The notes under the pieces: model-generated
What the model was told of the DNA's origin: nothing
Database searches by the model: none
What the model saw: only the letters and a program-made list of their open reading frames with translations
Shown: piece after piece, positions 42,701 through 53,100 of the stretch
How positions within the stretch are numbered: the stretch's first letter is position 1
Layout: the number at the start of each line of letters is the position of its first letter
Source: Octopus sinensis
Taxonomy: Eukaryota
Assembly (NCBI RefSeq): GCF_006345805.1
Contig: NC_042998.1
Location: 39,370,001-39,434,000, forward strand
Length of the DNA: 64,000 bases
Direction: 5' to 3'
Program-made: the position numbers and the translations under genes

Positions 42701-45700
42701 TATGACTGAAACAAGTAAAAGTAATATGTTAATATAATACTAGAGTTGAGCTGAAGACAAACCAAGCTTGTGTAGAATCAATATTACAGTTATTTTGTCA
42801 CATTTCACGTTTGAAAATAATGTTCACATCCTCCTAAACATTCTCTAATTTGGTAAAGCAAAAATAATGGAATGAATCATGCGAAAGTCACAAAGTTGCA
42901 AAGTAAACCTTAATGTTCTTTAAAATGACTTCGTTTTTACTGTAAAAAATTGATTTATGTACTTTTCAAGTTCTACTGAAAATCCTACATCGTCCTCTTC
43001 AGTTAATCAATACAGCATGGGAACCTCTGTGTGATCACATAACCTACTAAAAATAACAGTCAAATCTCCTTCAAATCACATTTGACTGTCTTAAAAAGCT
43101 TAGGGATACATGGGATAATGTTGTTCTGAATATCTTTTAAAAGGTGGAATGGTCACGGTTTAAATCATCATCATCGTCGTCGTTTAACGTCTGCTTTCCA
43201 TGCTGGCATGGGTTGGACAGTTTGACTGAGGACTGGCGAGCCAGATGGCTGCACCAGGCTCAATCTGATCTGGCAGAGTTTCTACAGCTGGATGCCCTTC
43301 CTAACGCCAACCACTCCAAGAGTGTAGTGGGTGCTTTTACATACCACTGGCACTAGGGCCAGTCAGGCGGTACTGGCAATGGCCATGTTCAAATGGTGTT
43401 TTATACGTGCCACCTGCACAGGAGCCAGTCCAGTGGCACTGGCAATGACCTCGCTCGAATGTTGTTTTTTCATATGCCACCAGCACAAGTGCCAGTAAGG
43501 CGATGCTGGTAATGATCACACTCAAATGGTGCTTTTTATGTGCCACCGGCACAGGAGTCAGTCAGCTGCCCTGGCAATGATCACACTCGGATGGTGCACT
43601 CAGTGCTTCACTAGCACGGATGCCAGTCATACAGTGCTGTCATCGAATTTGATTTTGATTTCACTTGCCTCAACAGGCCTTCACAAGCAGAGTTTAGTGT
43701 CCAAAGAAGGAAAGGTACGCATAAGTGGGCTGGTTACACCACTGGCATAGGCCACGGGTTATGGTCTCACTTGGCTTGCTGGGTCTTCTCAGGCACAGCA
43801 TATTTCCAAAGGTCTCAGTTACAAGTCATTGCCTCAGTGAGGCCTAATGTTCGAAGGTCGTGCTTCACCACTTCATCCCAGGTCTTCCTGGGTCCACCTC
43901 TTCCACAGGTTCCCTCTATTGCTGGGGTGTGACACTTTTTCACACAGCTGTCCTTCTCCATTCGCAACACATGACCATACCAGCACAGTCATCTCTCTTG
44001 CACACCACGTCTGATGCTTCTTAGGTCCAACTTTTCTCTCAAGGTACTTACACTCTGTCGAGTATGCACACTGACATTACACATCCATCGGAGCATGCTG
44101 ACTTCATTCCTTGCAAGCTTTATGCATGTCCTCATCAGTAATGGCCATGTTTTGCTGCCATGTAGCATGGTTTTCATACACATGCGTCATACAGTCTACT
44201 TTTTACTCTGAGCGAGAGGCCCTTTGTCACCAACAGAGGTAAGAGCTCTCTGAACTTTGCCCAGGCTATTCTTATTCTAGTAGCTACACTTTCAGAGCAT
44301 CCACCTCTGCTACTCTAGGTAACGGAAGCTATCAACTACTTCTAACTTTTCTCCCTGGAATGTGGCAGAAGTTGTTCTCTGCACATTTTCAGTGTTATTT
44401 ATTCTCCTGGGCATCTGCCACATACACAAACTATCTTCCCAGTTAGCCTACCTTTGATATTACTGCACCTTTTATGTGTCTATAGCTTACACAGGGTACA
44501 TCTTATAGAGTTTCTACCTACACCTTTTCTACAGATCGAGCAGGGCCATCTACCTGAAGGGATTTGTGGTTTGTTTGCCTTCCTACATATTAGGAACTTT
44601 GGTTTTAGCTAGGTTGACTCTAAGGGCCTTCGATTCTAATCCTTGCTTCCACACCTGAAATATTTCTAATTATCAGTCTGCTTATTCAAGGTTTCCCAGC
44701 AACTAATGTTAAAGCTGTGCCACACTTGTGCTAAAGTGATAACACGTGTGTTCAACCTTTTAATGGTGGTGCCAGCTGACCTTCCTATTGAATGAAGGAA
44801 ACTATTTTCCCTTTGTTTTTCCCCATTAGTGGTTCTATCTTTTGGTTACAATCCACTAATTCCGATAACAAAATCAAGATTTGAACTCAGAATGCATAGG
44901 TCCAGAGCAAATAACACAAGACATCCTGTCTGACACTCAAAACGCTTCTATCAGAGCACCGCTTTGGACTGATACTTTATTTATCAACCTGAAAGGACAA
45001 ATGGCAAAGTTGAACTCTGAGCAGGCTTTCCGATACCCCTCCAACTTTTACAATTCTCTACCTGTTAACCAATTTTTCAGCTCTCATCATTTCATTCCCA
45101 ATTCCTCTAGAAATTTGTAACTATATGTCATTAAAAAAATATATGACGTAAAAATAATTATCTTTTTCATCATCTACAGAAAAATGTCTTGTTGAAAGTT
45201 GCATTTTTATGTGAATTTCAACAATTCCCAGTTAGAATTGTTTAATTATCTTTAATGTACCAAATGTTTATCAAAACTTAAATTTCTTGTTCTAATTCCA
45301 GGCCAATTACCTTGTGAGCAGGAATTTAGCTGGTGCCATGATTTGGTCACTGGATTTTGACGACTTCGACAATGCATGTCGGCAAGGCCGCTTTCCATTG
45401 TTAAATACGCTAGTATCTTCTTTGACACTCCATAATCGTAGGCCAACTACCTTTCGGTTCGTTTTTATCACTAATTCATTTAAAACTTATTCGTATATGA
45501 TTTTAAACTGTCGAAGGATCTACTTAGATTCTATTCCAGATCCATTCTATCTTTTATTCGCTTTCTTTCTTATGCCTTAACACTTTGGAAAAACATATCC
45601 CAATGATGCTCAATAATAATAATAATAATAATAAATTCCCTGATGTAGGACCAAGGACTGGTTCTCATGGTTTCTCATCTTAACTGATTGGAAGTGTTAT

Positions 45701-47097
45701 CATGTACATTGTTTTGTCTTCGTATAAAAGGTGGGCCACAACAAATATTCTGCTCAATACCACAGTTTTGCTTGTCAGTTACTTTGACCAGTTGAGCATG
45801 TCCCTTAGTGGCTGACAATATCTGCATCTCTGATCATGAGCAGAAGTAGTGGGGGAGCATCATAGCCATGTGTTGTTGAGAGGAATTCTTTGAGGCTTGG
45901 ATAATTCACCTATGGAAACATGGGTGTTTCGTTCAACATCCTTAAACAACCCTTATTCAGGGACCTTTTGAGCAAGATGGGCTACTCGACCTGAAGAAAA
46001 TTCTAACTGGGCCCCACCTGCAAAGTCATATGCTATTTTGATACGAGATCACCATGTCATGCACATATGGTTATGATGCATGTGCCTGGTGTACCATTAT
46101 CAGCCAAATAGTCATGATGGGTAAACTAGGTTTCGTACATTTTGATGGCATGCTCTGCTCTCTCACTCAATAATAATAATAATAATAAATAATAATAATG
46201 ATAAATGCCCTGATGCAGTAGCAGGTAGTGGCTTTCATGGCTCCTGATCTTAACTGATTGGAAGTGTTATCACGTACATTGTTTTGATCTTGGTATAAAA
46301 GATGGGCCACAGCAAAGATTTGCTCAATACCACAGATTTGCTTGTCAGTTGTTTGACCTTTACCAGTTGAGCATGTCCCTTGGTGGCTGATGATATGTGT
46401 ATCTCTGATCACAGGTGAGTTTATGTATAATGCCCAGGTTGAACAGCGTGAGGGAAGTGTAGAACTGTAGATGCAAAAAAGGTGAAACCAATAGCAAAGC
46501 AAAATTCACTTGAACTTTTGGCTGTAATCGTTCAATTTGATGTTGAGGATTCACTCAGAGACTGTGGTCTAACGAGATTTGTGCCATCAAAGAAGTCCTT
46601 GTTTTGCCACTCATCATGAAATATGCAACATAATACATGTGTAAAGTGCTGTCTCAAATAAATATCCCCTCTGCCCTTCTTAGTTATGCTTGTACTACAC
46701 TGCTTCTCCAAATCTATTAGAATGTACAATCCTTCATGACAAAAAGGAACTCGTTTTTGGTTACCTGAAAAACAGTACATAATGAGAAGCTCTGAGAAGT
46801 GATGGAGTAAATTATCAGCTCCCAAACTATATCATCATCATCATCCTTTAACGTTTGTTTTCCATGCTGGCATGGGTTGAGTACAGATATTTCTTCTATT
46901 TGTGCTCCCAGATATATGCATTGTGTCTATATATATGTGTGTGTGTGAGTATGTGTGAGTATTCTGTTGAAATCTATTAAATTATGTTGCATTTTTCACT
47001 TTCTTATAGATCCTATACAGTCAGACCACGAGCCACTACTCCAAGAATATGGACACGTTCACCTAATATTCCACACTGTAATATCCTCCGTTGTTAA
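17657..47097 (+). CDS. GH18 chitinase (chitotriosidase/AMCase-like), 9 coding exons: 17657-17714, 21196-21367, 23070-23328, 24153-24253, 29945-30068, 35998-36183, 41925-42041, 45302-45456, 47010-47097; 419 aa
   Basis: All introns are GT-AG with matching phases (1,2,0,2,0,0,0,2). Exon lengths sum to 1260 nt, giving 419 aa plus TAA. The translation carries the GH18 hallmarks [70 protein letters not shown] and GAMIWSLDFDD. The last exon is the least certain. Confidence 0.93.
18203..19345 (-). pseudogene. HOOK: Processed (retro)pseudogene of a HOOK-family microtubule/dynein adaptor
   Basis: Minus-strand translation across frameshifts and stops gives IMKMEESVQQV, DPRTPAGRCCQQL, ARSLKDEVDEL, SCKRRFEEMGELRNKV, QRADKNEVDYR and LQKEKKKLENERDAMKEVIEE. 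These are colinear with recalled Hook3 segments (IMMMEESVQHV, DPNSPAGRRHLQL, AQSLKDEIDVL, SYKKKLEDLGDLRRQV, LQKEKDRLRTERDSLKETIEE). No introns; ends in A18 (T18 at 18203-18220) preceded by ATTAAA. Confidence 0.85.
19485..19816. repeat. Fold-back (MITE-like) inverted repeat, arms about 150 bp
   Basis: Left arm acaattgttttacttcacacccaatttaaattacaaaacata...ggaagctcttcagggcaaaatggacattacagagtttacattt...gcagatgaaagcatg is mirrored on the right across a loop of about 15 nt. Confidence 0.85.
21196..21367 (+). CDS. Chitinase coding exon 2 (V)[56 protein letters not shown](M)
   Basis: Acceptor ttcctactcag|, donor AT|gtaagt; canonical GH18 N-terminal motifs. Confidence 0.95.
21810..22020 (-). mobile_element. 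5'-truncated fragment of the CATA-associated RLE element
   Basis: HKRSDIVVWDKQGKVCAVTKASFPVDVNIS...ELLRNLQFLSPDY is homologous to 12420-12580; the 5' junction abuts a (TACA)n run at 21981-22017. Confidence 0.7.
23070..23328 (+). CDS. Chitinase coding exon 3 with catalytic motif [11 protein letters not shown]
   Basis: Acceptor tatttgaag|G, donor CAG|gtacgc; [17 protein letters not shown] and DxxDxDxE intact. Confidence 0.96.
24153..24253 (+). CDS. Chitinase coding exon 4 LLRRRLTRRYLLTIAAAAGKQTIDAGYDVHRIA(R)
   Basis: Acceptor ttttgcaatag|, donor AG|gtaagc; matches the GH18 RLLLTAAVAAGK..IDAGYD segment. Not in the ORF track. Confidence 0.92.
24455..24770 (-). mobile_element. Third tRNA-derived SINE family copy
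   Basis: Head gtggaagtgcaatggcccagtggttggggcagcggactcgcagttgtaggatcgtggtttcgtctcccagactggg is tRNA-like with A and B boxes; related piece at about 38490-38620. Confidence 0.65.
25240..25375 (-). mobile_element. Penelope pLTR-like segment with hammerhead-like motif
   Basis: Reverse complement of 25304-25339 is ctttCTGTGGAAgagcGTAGgctcGAAACGTAaaag; homologous segments at about 51730-51795 and 52840-53270. Confidence 0.55.
25590..26420 (+). mobile_element. Penelope-like element, RT C-terminus plus GIY-YIG endonuclease
   Basis: RKRVIVWFKPP, HSIFNRSCLKLSYSTTPNL, NCRNRELCPLKGFC...IY...YISST..FNSRYRAH, STTLATYV..LK...FSLNWSII; typical PLE C-terminal region, with a stop near the end. Confidence 0.85.
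26420..26680 (+). mobile_element. RTE-type LINE 3' end / RTE-tail repeat ending in (ATG)n
   Basis: aaaagcacccactacactcacggagtggttggcgttaggaagggcatccagccgtagaaac...cccatgctagcatggaaaacggacgctaaatgatgatg; copies at about 43160-43560(-), 51930-52010(-), 53935-54330(-), 54970-55160(+), 58490-58905(+), 60680-60920(-), 63690-63870(+). Confidence 0.75.
27190..27860 (+). mobile_element. Degenerate LINE ORF1/gag-like region with zinc knuckle
   Basis: RVWVEGIPPEI and LRVWVEGRIPHFFKCGQKGHIRAHCP (decayed CX2CX4HX4C); broken by stops. Confidence 0.6.
29945..30068 (+). CDS. Chitinase coding exon 5 TVDYILLMTYDFHGSWEKLTGHLSPLYSKKGEANGRQYLNV
   Basis: Acceptor ttttcttaaag|, donor GTG|gtgagt; MTYDFHG motif. 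Confidence 0.95.
32340..34696 (+). mobile_element. CR1-superfamily LINE 'A' RT region, split by a nested insertion (pieces 32340-32592 and 33495-34696)
   Basis: QHGFRPGRSC, IYLDFAKAFDKVDHG..CHKLRD|LGIVGKLGEWLHDF, SGVPQGTVLGPLLF, YADDTK, DLFLSGVPDEP; (TAAA)n tail at 34677-34696. Confidence 0.9.
32593..33494 (+). mobile_element. 5'-truncated CR1-like LINE 'B' nested in LINE A
   Basis: YADDIKLY...RPHLEFASSVWNPY...RKHFFTLRVAEAWNKLP; open 272-codon frame; (ATT)n tail at 33463-33493. Confidence 0.9.
35998..36183 (+). CDS. Chitinase coding exon 6 [30 protein letters not shown]...GVMSYQE
   Basis: Acceptor cttaatttag|, donor GAA|gtatgt; KL.MG.P.YGRSFTL motif. Not in the ORF track. Confidence 0.95.
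36205..37457 (-). mobile_element. Near full-length mariner transposon (about 1250 bp) with TIRs and TA target duplication
   Basis: TIRs tctggctgagtaaaaagtaagcaacgttttgaaacatgaa and ttcatggttcaaaacgttgcttactttttgctcaatctgt, with TA at 36203-36204 and 37458-37459; motifs IVTCDEKW, FHNNARPH, YSPDLSPTDYHFF; frameshifted. Confidence 0.9.
39750..41655 (+). mobile_element. CR1-like LINE 'B', longer copy
   Basis: KVFWKYV, WKIASVTPLFKKG.R....NYRLVSLTSCIAKLME, SGVPQGSVLGPLLF, YADD, same C-terminus as 32593-33415; (ATT)n tail. Confidence 0.9.
41925..42041 (+). CDS. Chitinase coding exon 7 [39 protein letters not shown]
   Basis: Acceptor gatgttgtag|, donor AAA|gtaagt; chitinase-insertion-domain motif [10 protein letters not shown]. 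Confidence 0.95.
43560..44400 (-). mobile_element. RTE-clade LINE RT C-terminal fragment
   Basis: MLHGSKTW...RNEVSMLRWMCNV...LREKLDLRSIR..VQERRL.WYGHV...GRGGPRKTW..VVK.DL, typical of the RTE C-terminus; continuous with the RTE 3' UTR at 43160-43560. Confidence 0.85.
45302..45456 (+). CDS. Chitinase coding exon 8 ANYLVSRNLAGAMIWSLDFDDFDNACRQGRFPLLNTLVSSLTLHNRRPTTF(R)
   Basis: Acceptor tctaattccag|; GAMIWSLDFDDF..C..G.FPLL motif; 3' end inferred from CG|gttcgt. Confidence 0.9.
45612..46410 (-). repeat. Two adjacent copies of a retroposon 3' end, each with an (ATT)n/(AAT)n tail
   Basis: ccctgatg...atcttaactgattggaagtgttatca.gtacattgtttt...gatgggccac...gctcaataccacag...ccagttgagcatgtccctt occurs at about 45635-45840 and 46205-46410, each preceded by (AAT)n. 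Confidence 0.75.
47010..47097 (+). CDS. Chitinase terminal coding exon SYTVRPRATTPRIWTRSPNIPHCNILRC*
   Basis: Strong acceptor tttttcactttcttatag|. Phase 2 matches the exon-8 donor and gives an R/T/P-rich linker-like sequence followed by TAA. Confidence 0.7.
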
Positions 47098-49913
47098 TTT
47101 TTTAAAATTTTGTTTTACTAAAGACGGGGAGCTTTATGAAAGTATTTTTAGCGCTACCTAAGTAAAAAAAAATACCAAGACACTCTTAGAAATAATATCC
47201 TATAAGTTATTAGGACATCTCTGAAAATTGTGGCTTTTTCTCACTAATTCAAGGAATAACATGCTGCATTATTTTGCCATTGCCTTCTCTAAAGCCGTAA
47301 GAGGATTTTAGCTTAGCACAGTATATAAGCTGTTCACTGTCTCAACAGTAAACTTGAATCTCTCCCACAGCACCATATTCAAAAATATGTATTAGTCAAT
47401 AACAAATTCACAAACAGATTGTTTGGCTTTACAGCATCAATGTCAATGACAAACTGGAAATACGGTCTTACTGATGCTATCTTCTGTCTTAACCTGCGGA
47501 ATCCAGTTGGATTTCCATTTTATAAAGCTTATTTTTAACCTTCCAATATTGAGTGATGATAACAAGAAGAATTCTCAAGACAAGATAGCTCTCAAGAACA
47601 ATATTTCACATTCCAATAAAGTATCTCTCTTCAGAGAAGTTTTACAACAACAGGATAATTTCAGTAATATAGAAAAAGTAGTCAAGATACCAGTAATAGG
47701 ATGAAAATTGTACTGAATCCTAAACAGTAACAACTTTGAAACTTTTGTTATTCAAATATAGTGGTGGTGGTGGTGGGGGGGTCAACTTCCCATTTCACTT
47801 GCCTAAGTTTACAAATTGTATTGGGTTGATTATATGTTACTTTAACTAAAATTGACCTGGTACCAAACCAAAAGAAATTCATATCCAAATCATTAAACAG
47901 GGTGAAAAGAAAGTACCCAACTGGGTATAAGATCCTATTTGAATTTCTTTTTACTTCTTAAACAGCCTTTGGTAAAATGATTAATGTTTCTTCAAATCAC
48001 TTCCATGTATATGTTAATCTGTTATCTTGTACCTAAGAACAAATTAATTTTCTTACCATAAATAACCTTACACTTTTTCACAAAATATAACAGAAGCTAC
48101 TTTTCTTTTCTCCAACAGCTATCTGTCCACCAAATGTGAATGTGATAATTGGTGACCCCTACAACCGCCATGTTTTCCATGTTTGTTACTTAGGACGTGA
48201 TTACCGCTACACATGTCCACCAACCTTGGTTTGGGACCCACGTATTCACGCATGTAATTATGACCATCATTAACTCCATTTTCCTTTTACAGAATAAACA
48301 TGCTATCAACAAATATAAGTATTTCACTTGGTTATTTTAAAATTTATATTTTCTTTGCAATATCTGTTTCTTTGTTTTGTAATTTTATAATGCCATTGAT
48401 TTGGGAGCTTATTTCTCAAGTAAGTTCTGAGCAAGTCAACATCATGACCTGGCTTCCATTTTTGATTAGTACAAGCTCAATTCACTTATGCCTCAATTCT
48501 TCCCTAAAATGGCTTTTGCTATTTTAAAGAGGTGTGAATTTTAAGGAAAACTTGGTCCACATACCTACGACTTATTAAAAGAATCAATGAGGGAGTCTCT
48601 ACATGGTTACCTGAATTGTTAGAAACAGCAGTTGAATCTACTTCAAATAATATCCTACTGTCATAAAGAGATGAAGGACACTTTGAACAATGTTATCTCT
48701 TATATACAATAATGAAAAAGCATTTTATTCACAGGTGAGCCATTGATCATAAGTCTATAGCTGTCGTTGGCTGTTCAAGTGCAGTGTTATTAGATGGAAA
48801 AACAGTGAGTATGAATCACCAGTAAACATTTTTGTGTATAAATATATTGTTTATTCTGTGTTGACCTTTTGTGGTGGAAGCATCTGGTATGATAGAAAAA
48901 CATGTGCGTTTACATACAAAGAAAGTTTTGATTTTTGCTTTTGCACTGAAAGAAGAAGGAGAAGAAGAAGAAGAAGAAGAAGAAGAAGAAGAAGAAGAAG
49001 AAGAAGAAGAAGAAGAAGAAAAGAAGAAGAAGAAGAAAAGAAGAAGAAGAAGAAGAAGAAGAAGAAGAAGAAGAAGGGTGAATGGGAGGCGGAGGGGGAG
49101 TTTGAAGAGGAAATTTTTCTTTGACTTCTTGACTGGATTATATTTTACTCTTCGCTAAACCCATACAATGGCTTTACCGTCGTGAAACCAAGATTTTCTA
49201 TAGCTGAGAAATGTCGATATTAGCCTGGAATCCGACAGTGTAGATAGCCTAAAAGCACAGGTTGAGTGCTGCCTTGGAAACACCCTGTCTTTCTCTTATC
49301 TACCCTAACCAGGACCATGTGTATGGGTGTGTAATTTGAATCTATGTCATGCTCACACATTTGTGTGTGTCTATGTCTTCATGTTAGTGCCCCTCCGTCG
49401 CGTGACAACTGGTGTTGGCTTGATTATGTACCATGTGAACCAGTGGTTCAACAAAAGCAGTCGACAGTGTTAAGCAGCAGACTTTAAAATAAAAAACCGT
49501 CTTGGGGTCGGTTTGTTTCTACTAAACCCTTCGCTGCCCCAGCAATAGCCACATTTCAATCATTGAAACAAATAAAAGATAAAAAGATATGGATCTTTTC
49601 AGTTTGAACGGCAGTTTTTAAAATAATTTCTAGGTAACTAAAAAGTTTTAAACTTCGTATACTGGTAGAATGTCTTTATAAAATGTCATTTTCTCTTGGC
49701 TTTCTTGAGAAAATTCTATAGTTTGTAACATATTTCGTCTTTAATTTCTTGCGTTTCGGCAATTTTATATTCACCACTTGCAAAATAGTAATAAGTTTTA
49801 ACAAAGTTTTATATGAATAAATTATCTCTCTCGAAATTTTATTAAAATTCCATGTCCGAAGTGAGGAAGAAACTGAAAGTCTGAAGCCCGAATCGAGAGA
49901 AGCCAAAGAGGAA

Positions 49914-49927
49914 CGGATGTGACGTCA
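49914..49927 (+). promoter_or_regulatory. Overlapping ETS-like/CRE element CGGATGTGACGTCA upstream of the Rab28-like gene
   Basis: Perfect CRE palindrome TGACGTCA at 49920-49927 abutting CGGATG, about 160 nt upstream of the ATG, in a locally CpG-richer stretch. Confidence 0.5.
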
Positions 49928-50085
49928 AAGGCATTTCTTTTTTTGTCTTCTTGTCTGGCGTCGTTGGCGGACATCTTCGCTCATCTTATCGCTAAACAAA
50001 CACCGAGAAGAGACTTGTAATGCTTCATTAATCGATCCAGTCTATGTATATATTTTGGTAAACAACCGGCAGATTACGATAGTCA

Positions 50086-50160
50086 ATGTCAGACTCGGAA
50101 AATGAATGTTTTGATAAACGGCTCAAGATTGTTTTGCTTGGCGATTGTCTCACGGGGAAG
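50086..50160 (+). CDS. RAB28: Rab28-like exon 1 (P-loop GDCLTGK)
   Basis: ATG at 50086; MSDSE N-terminus typical of Rab28; donor AAG|gtaaaa. Confidence 0.9.
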
Positions 50161-53100
50161 GTAAAAAGAATAATAATCTCTCCAGCCTCACGGCCTTTTC
50201 TTCTTCATTAACTTTTTGCTTCTGAGTTTGATTGAATTCTGTCAATCATTTCTTTCACTCGTAATTATATTCATTATAAGATTTAAATAATTTTTGTTTT
50301 GGGATTCAATTATAAAGAAATAAACTTGAAAATAATTTTCTTTTTCAACGACTGAAAAATAGAAAACCACTTGATGCTTCAAGACATTCCTTCTTCATTC
50401 AGTCAACTTCAATTAAACTAGTTTCAGTCGTTTCTTTCATGAAGTTTATTTAATTATGTAGTCTTATTAGGAAATTATTTTACCAACTACTTTTTTTCTG
50501 ATTCTGTTTTGTTTTTTCTACAAATACGTAAAATATTTTGGAATGAATGAATGAATTAGTCTCAAAGATTTATTCGAAATTCATAAATCGCACATTTTTC
50601 TTTGTTTATTGAAAAAATGGAAAAGAAAAGGGATCTGCTTCAGATTTCAAGTTGTAGCAAATATCTGTGGAGCCGTTCTGAGTCAATTTTTAAAATATAC
50701 AGCAAACAATTTGTCATATTTGCATTATTGAATTAATTTTCCAGGGTTTGGTGAACTCAAAGACTTGAACTGGTTGAGATCGCCTTCAATATTTCTGCTA
50801 ACCATTTACAATCATTTAAATAGCAAAACCAAACTTCAAATTTTACAAAACACCTAAGTAATTAGAGAAATTTGGAAGATAGTAGAATTAACTGCATAAA
50901 TTCTATGGCTTGAATTAAACATTGCAAAAAATATATATTTACTTTTTTATTCCTAACTCGAAATATTTTATTCTCTATGTTGAAATTTAGTCGTAAGTGG
51001 GTATGAGTTGATGGGGCAAAATGAGTTGGGCATTTTCACTGCATTTTTAACGGAACTTTGCCGAAAATATTGTTTTTGTTTCTCGAGACCAATACCGATT
51101 GATTGCCACAAAAACTATATCAACCAGGCAAATGGCCTTCCCTAAATGCATTTGAAGCATTATAACACAATCTGATCGCTATTTCAGGAAATTATCGCCG
51201 TTCTTTGAGCATGTAAAAGACAAATTTGGCTGGGGTAAAACGAGTAAGATAAGGCAAATATGCCATTTCAGTTCTCCCAAAAACAGGCTCATACTCGTCA
51301 ATATCAATCCTTAGACATGAGAAAGATAAGAAATACAAAAGAAAATAAATGAATATCTTGGTCAAATGAAAGACGATCGAGGGAAAATGGCACATGATAT
51401 GAAATAAACGAAACTCAACTAAATAATTAAAAAAAACTCGAAATATTCTCTATAGCTTCTTTACAATCTACTGGAATGTCTTTCTTCGTGAAATCTTTAC
51501 ACACCATGCAGTTAACGAGAAGAAATCAGTGAAATTAGTCATTACTCATTTTACCCCACTACTTATCAAATTAGACACTAGTGTGGAGGAAAATTGAGTT
51601 GGAAATCAACAAAGAAAATAATATTGATTGTTAAACACCAAAAATTATTCAAATATTTTATTAATGTTTCCTTGTCAAGCCATGCAAGGCTCACAAGGGT
51701 AAGCTTCCCAGTTTCAGTAGCATGTCGTTTCTCTCTCCCTGTTTATTTCTGTGTTCCTTTCTGTTAAAGAGCGTAGGCTTGAAATGTAAAAGACTTATAA
51801 ACGACCGTGCAAAGTGAGATGACGAGAATGGCTCCTTTGTACATCACACGGTCGATACAATAAATATGAAAAGGATAAATGAGTCTAAGTGCCAGAAGGA
51901 AAAGAGAGACACAACCAGGTAGAATGCTTCATCATCATCATTGTTTAGCGTCTGTTTTCCATGCTAGCATGGGTTGGACTGTTCGACTGGGGTCTGGGAA
52001 GCCAGGAATAGGTTAACGTGTGTCTGTGTGTGCATCATATATACATAACAGACAGGCCGTCATGAGAACAAAGTGTGTGTGTGTGCATAGGCATGGATGT
52101 ATGCGTTGTGCGTTAATACAGAGCATTGAAAGAATCTATAATATGATATTAGAAGAATGTTCAGACACAAGATGATAAATACCAGTTCATAGTCAATGTA
52201 CACAATAGTTGAAATGCTGTATCAAGAAGTTGTGGCTGTAATGCAGAGCTGGTTGAGGTACATGTCGTACAAGAAATCATGGCTACGATGCAGAGCCGGT
52301 CACTTGTTACAGGAGTTCTCACAGGTTGTATTTGCTGTTAACCATGGTGAAGTGATTCACGAACAGTGTTGTGTAGGAACCTGTGTACATAGAGAGATGA
52401 TGGAGGCAACGAAGAGATTTCCATATGCTGTTGGTCGAGTGTTGATGAGTCTCCATGTGGCTGCTGTTGTGTTGTCACTGGAACTGGCTGTGTCCTGTGT
52501 GGTCAGTGGCTAGGCCTAAAAAGGTCTGGAATCGAAAGACATCAATTCTATGTGAAGCTAGAGTTTTATAGTGAGCAGTCGGTGCAAACTGAGGTTTAGA
52601 AGAGACTGTCTCATGTGACCTTATTTGAAGGCTGTGATTGGTTGGGTTGCATATTGACATGCAACCCAATAGAGCAAGAGACAAATTGTGCCAATACCAA
52701 CCAATCAGAGTATTGGACACAACAGGGTCCAAAAGGGCAGCTGAAGGCTAGCTGTTATCTACTACGTTCGTATTTATGTATATATAACAGAGAGAGAGGA
52801 ATTTCCCTCAAGCATATGCCTCAGACTCTATCACTTCCTGAGCGTTAAACTAATACATCTGTTTGTTGTTTACACGCTCACGTGGTCGCTCCAGTTTCAT
52901 TCTGTCTCCACCTCATAACACTTCGAGCTTTTCTTGGACTATTCTACCTGGACTTTCTACTCTCCTACATTCAGACTGCACCTCTCCTACCCATGGATTA
53001 CACTGGACTCTTCTGTTGATGAGAAACTACTCCAATACACTACGAAATTTGAACCTTTTGAACTTTTCTGAGCTTATTTGTACTTTCTACTTTTTCCTGT

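Noticed and set aside
45457-45580. Read-through extension of chitinase exon 8 (FVFITNSF...FFLMP*) as a membrane anchor
   Set aside because: A donor at 45457 and a phase-matched downstream exon with linker-like composition explain it better; the extension looks intronic. Not fully excluded without RNA data.
48834-49158. Poly-E/K/R ORFs
   Set aside because: They arise from the (GAA)n microsatellite at 48953-49075.
49676-49906. Head-to-head ORF (MASLDSG...) opposite the Rab28-like promoter
   Set aside because: Non-ATG start, AT-rich, no recognisable homology and no convincing downstream exon chain.
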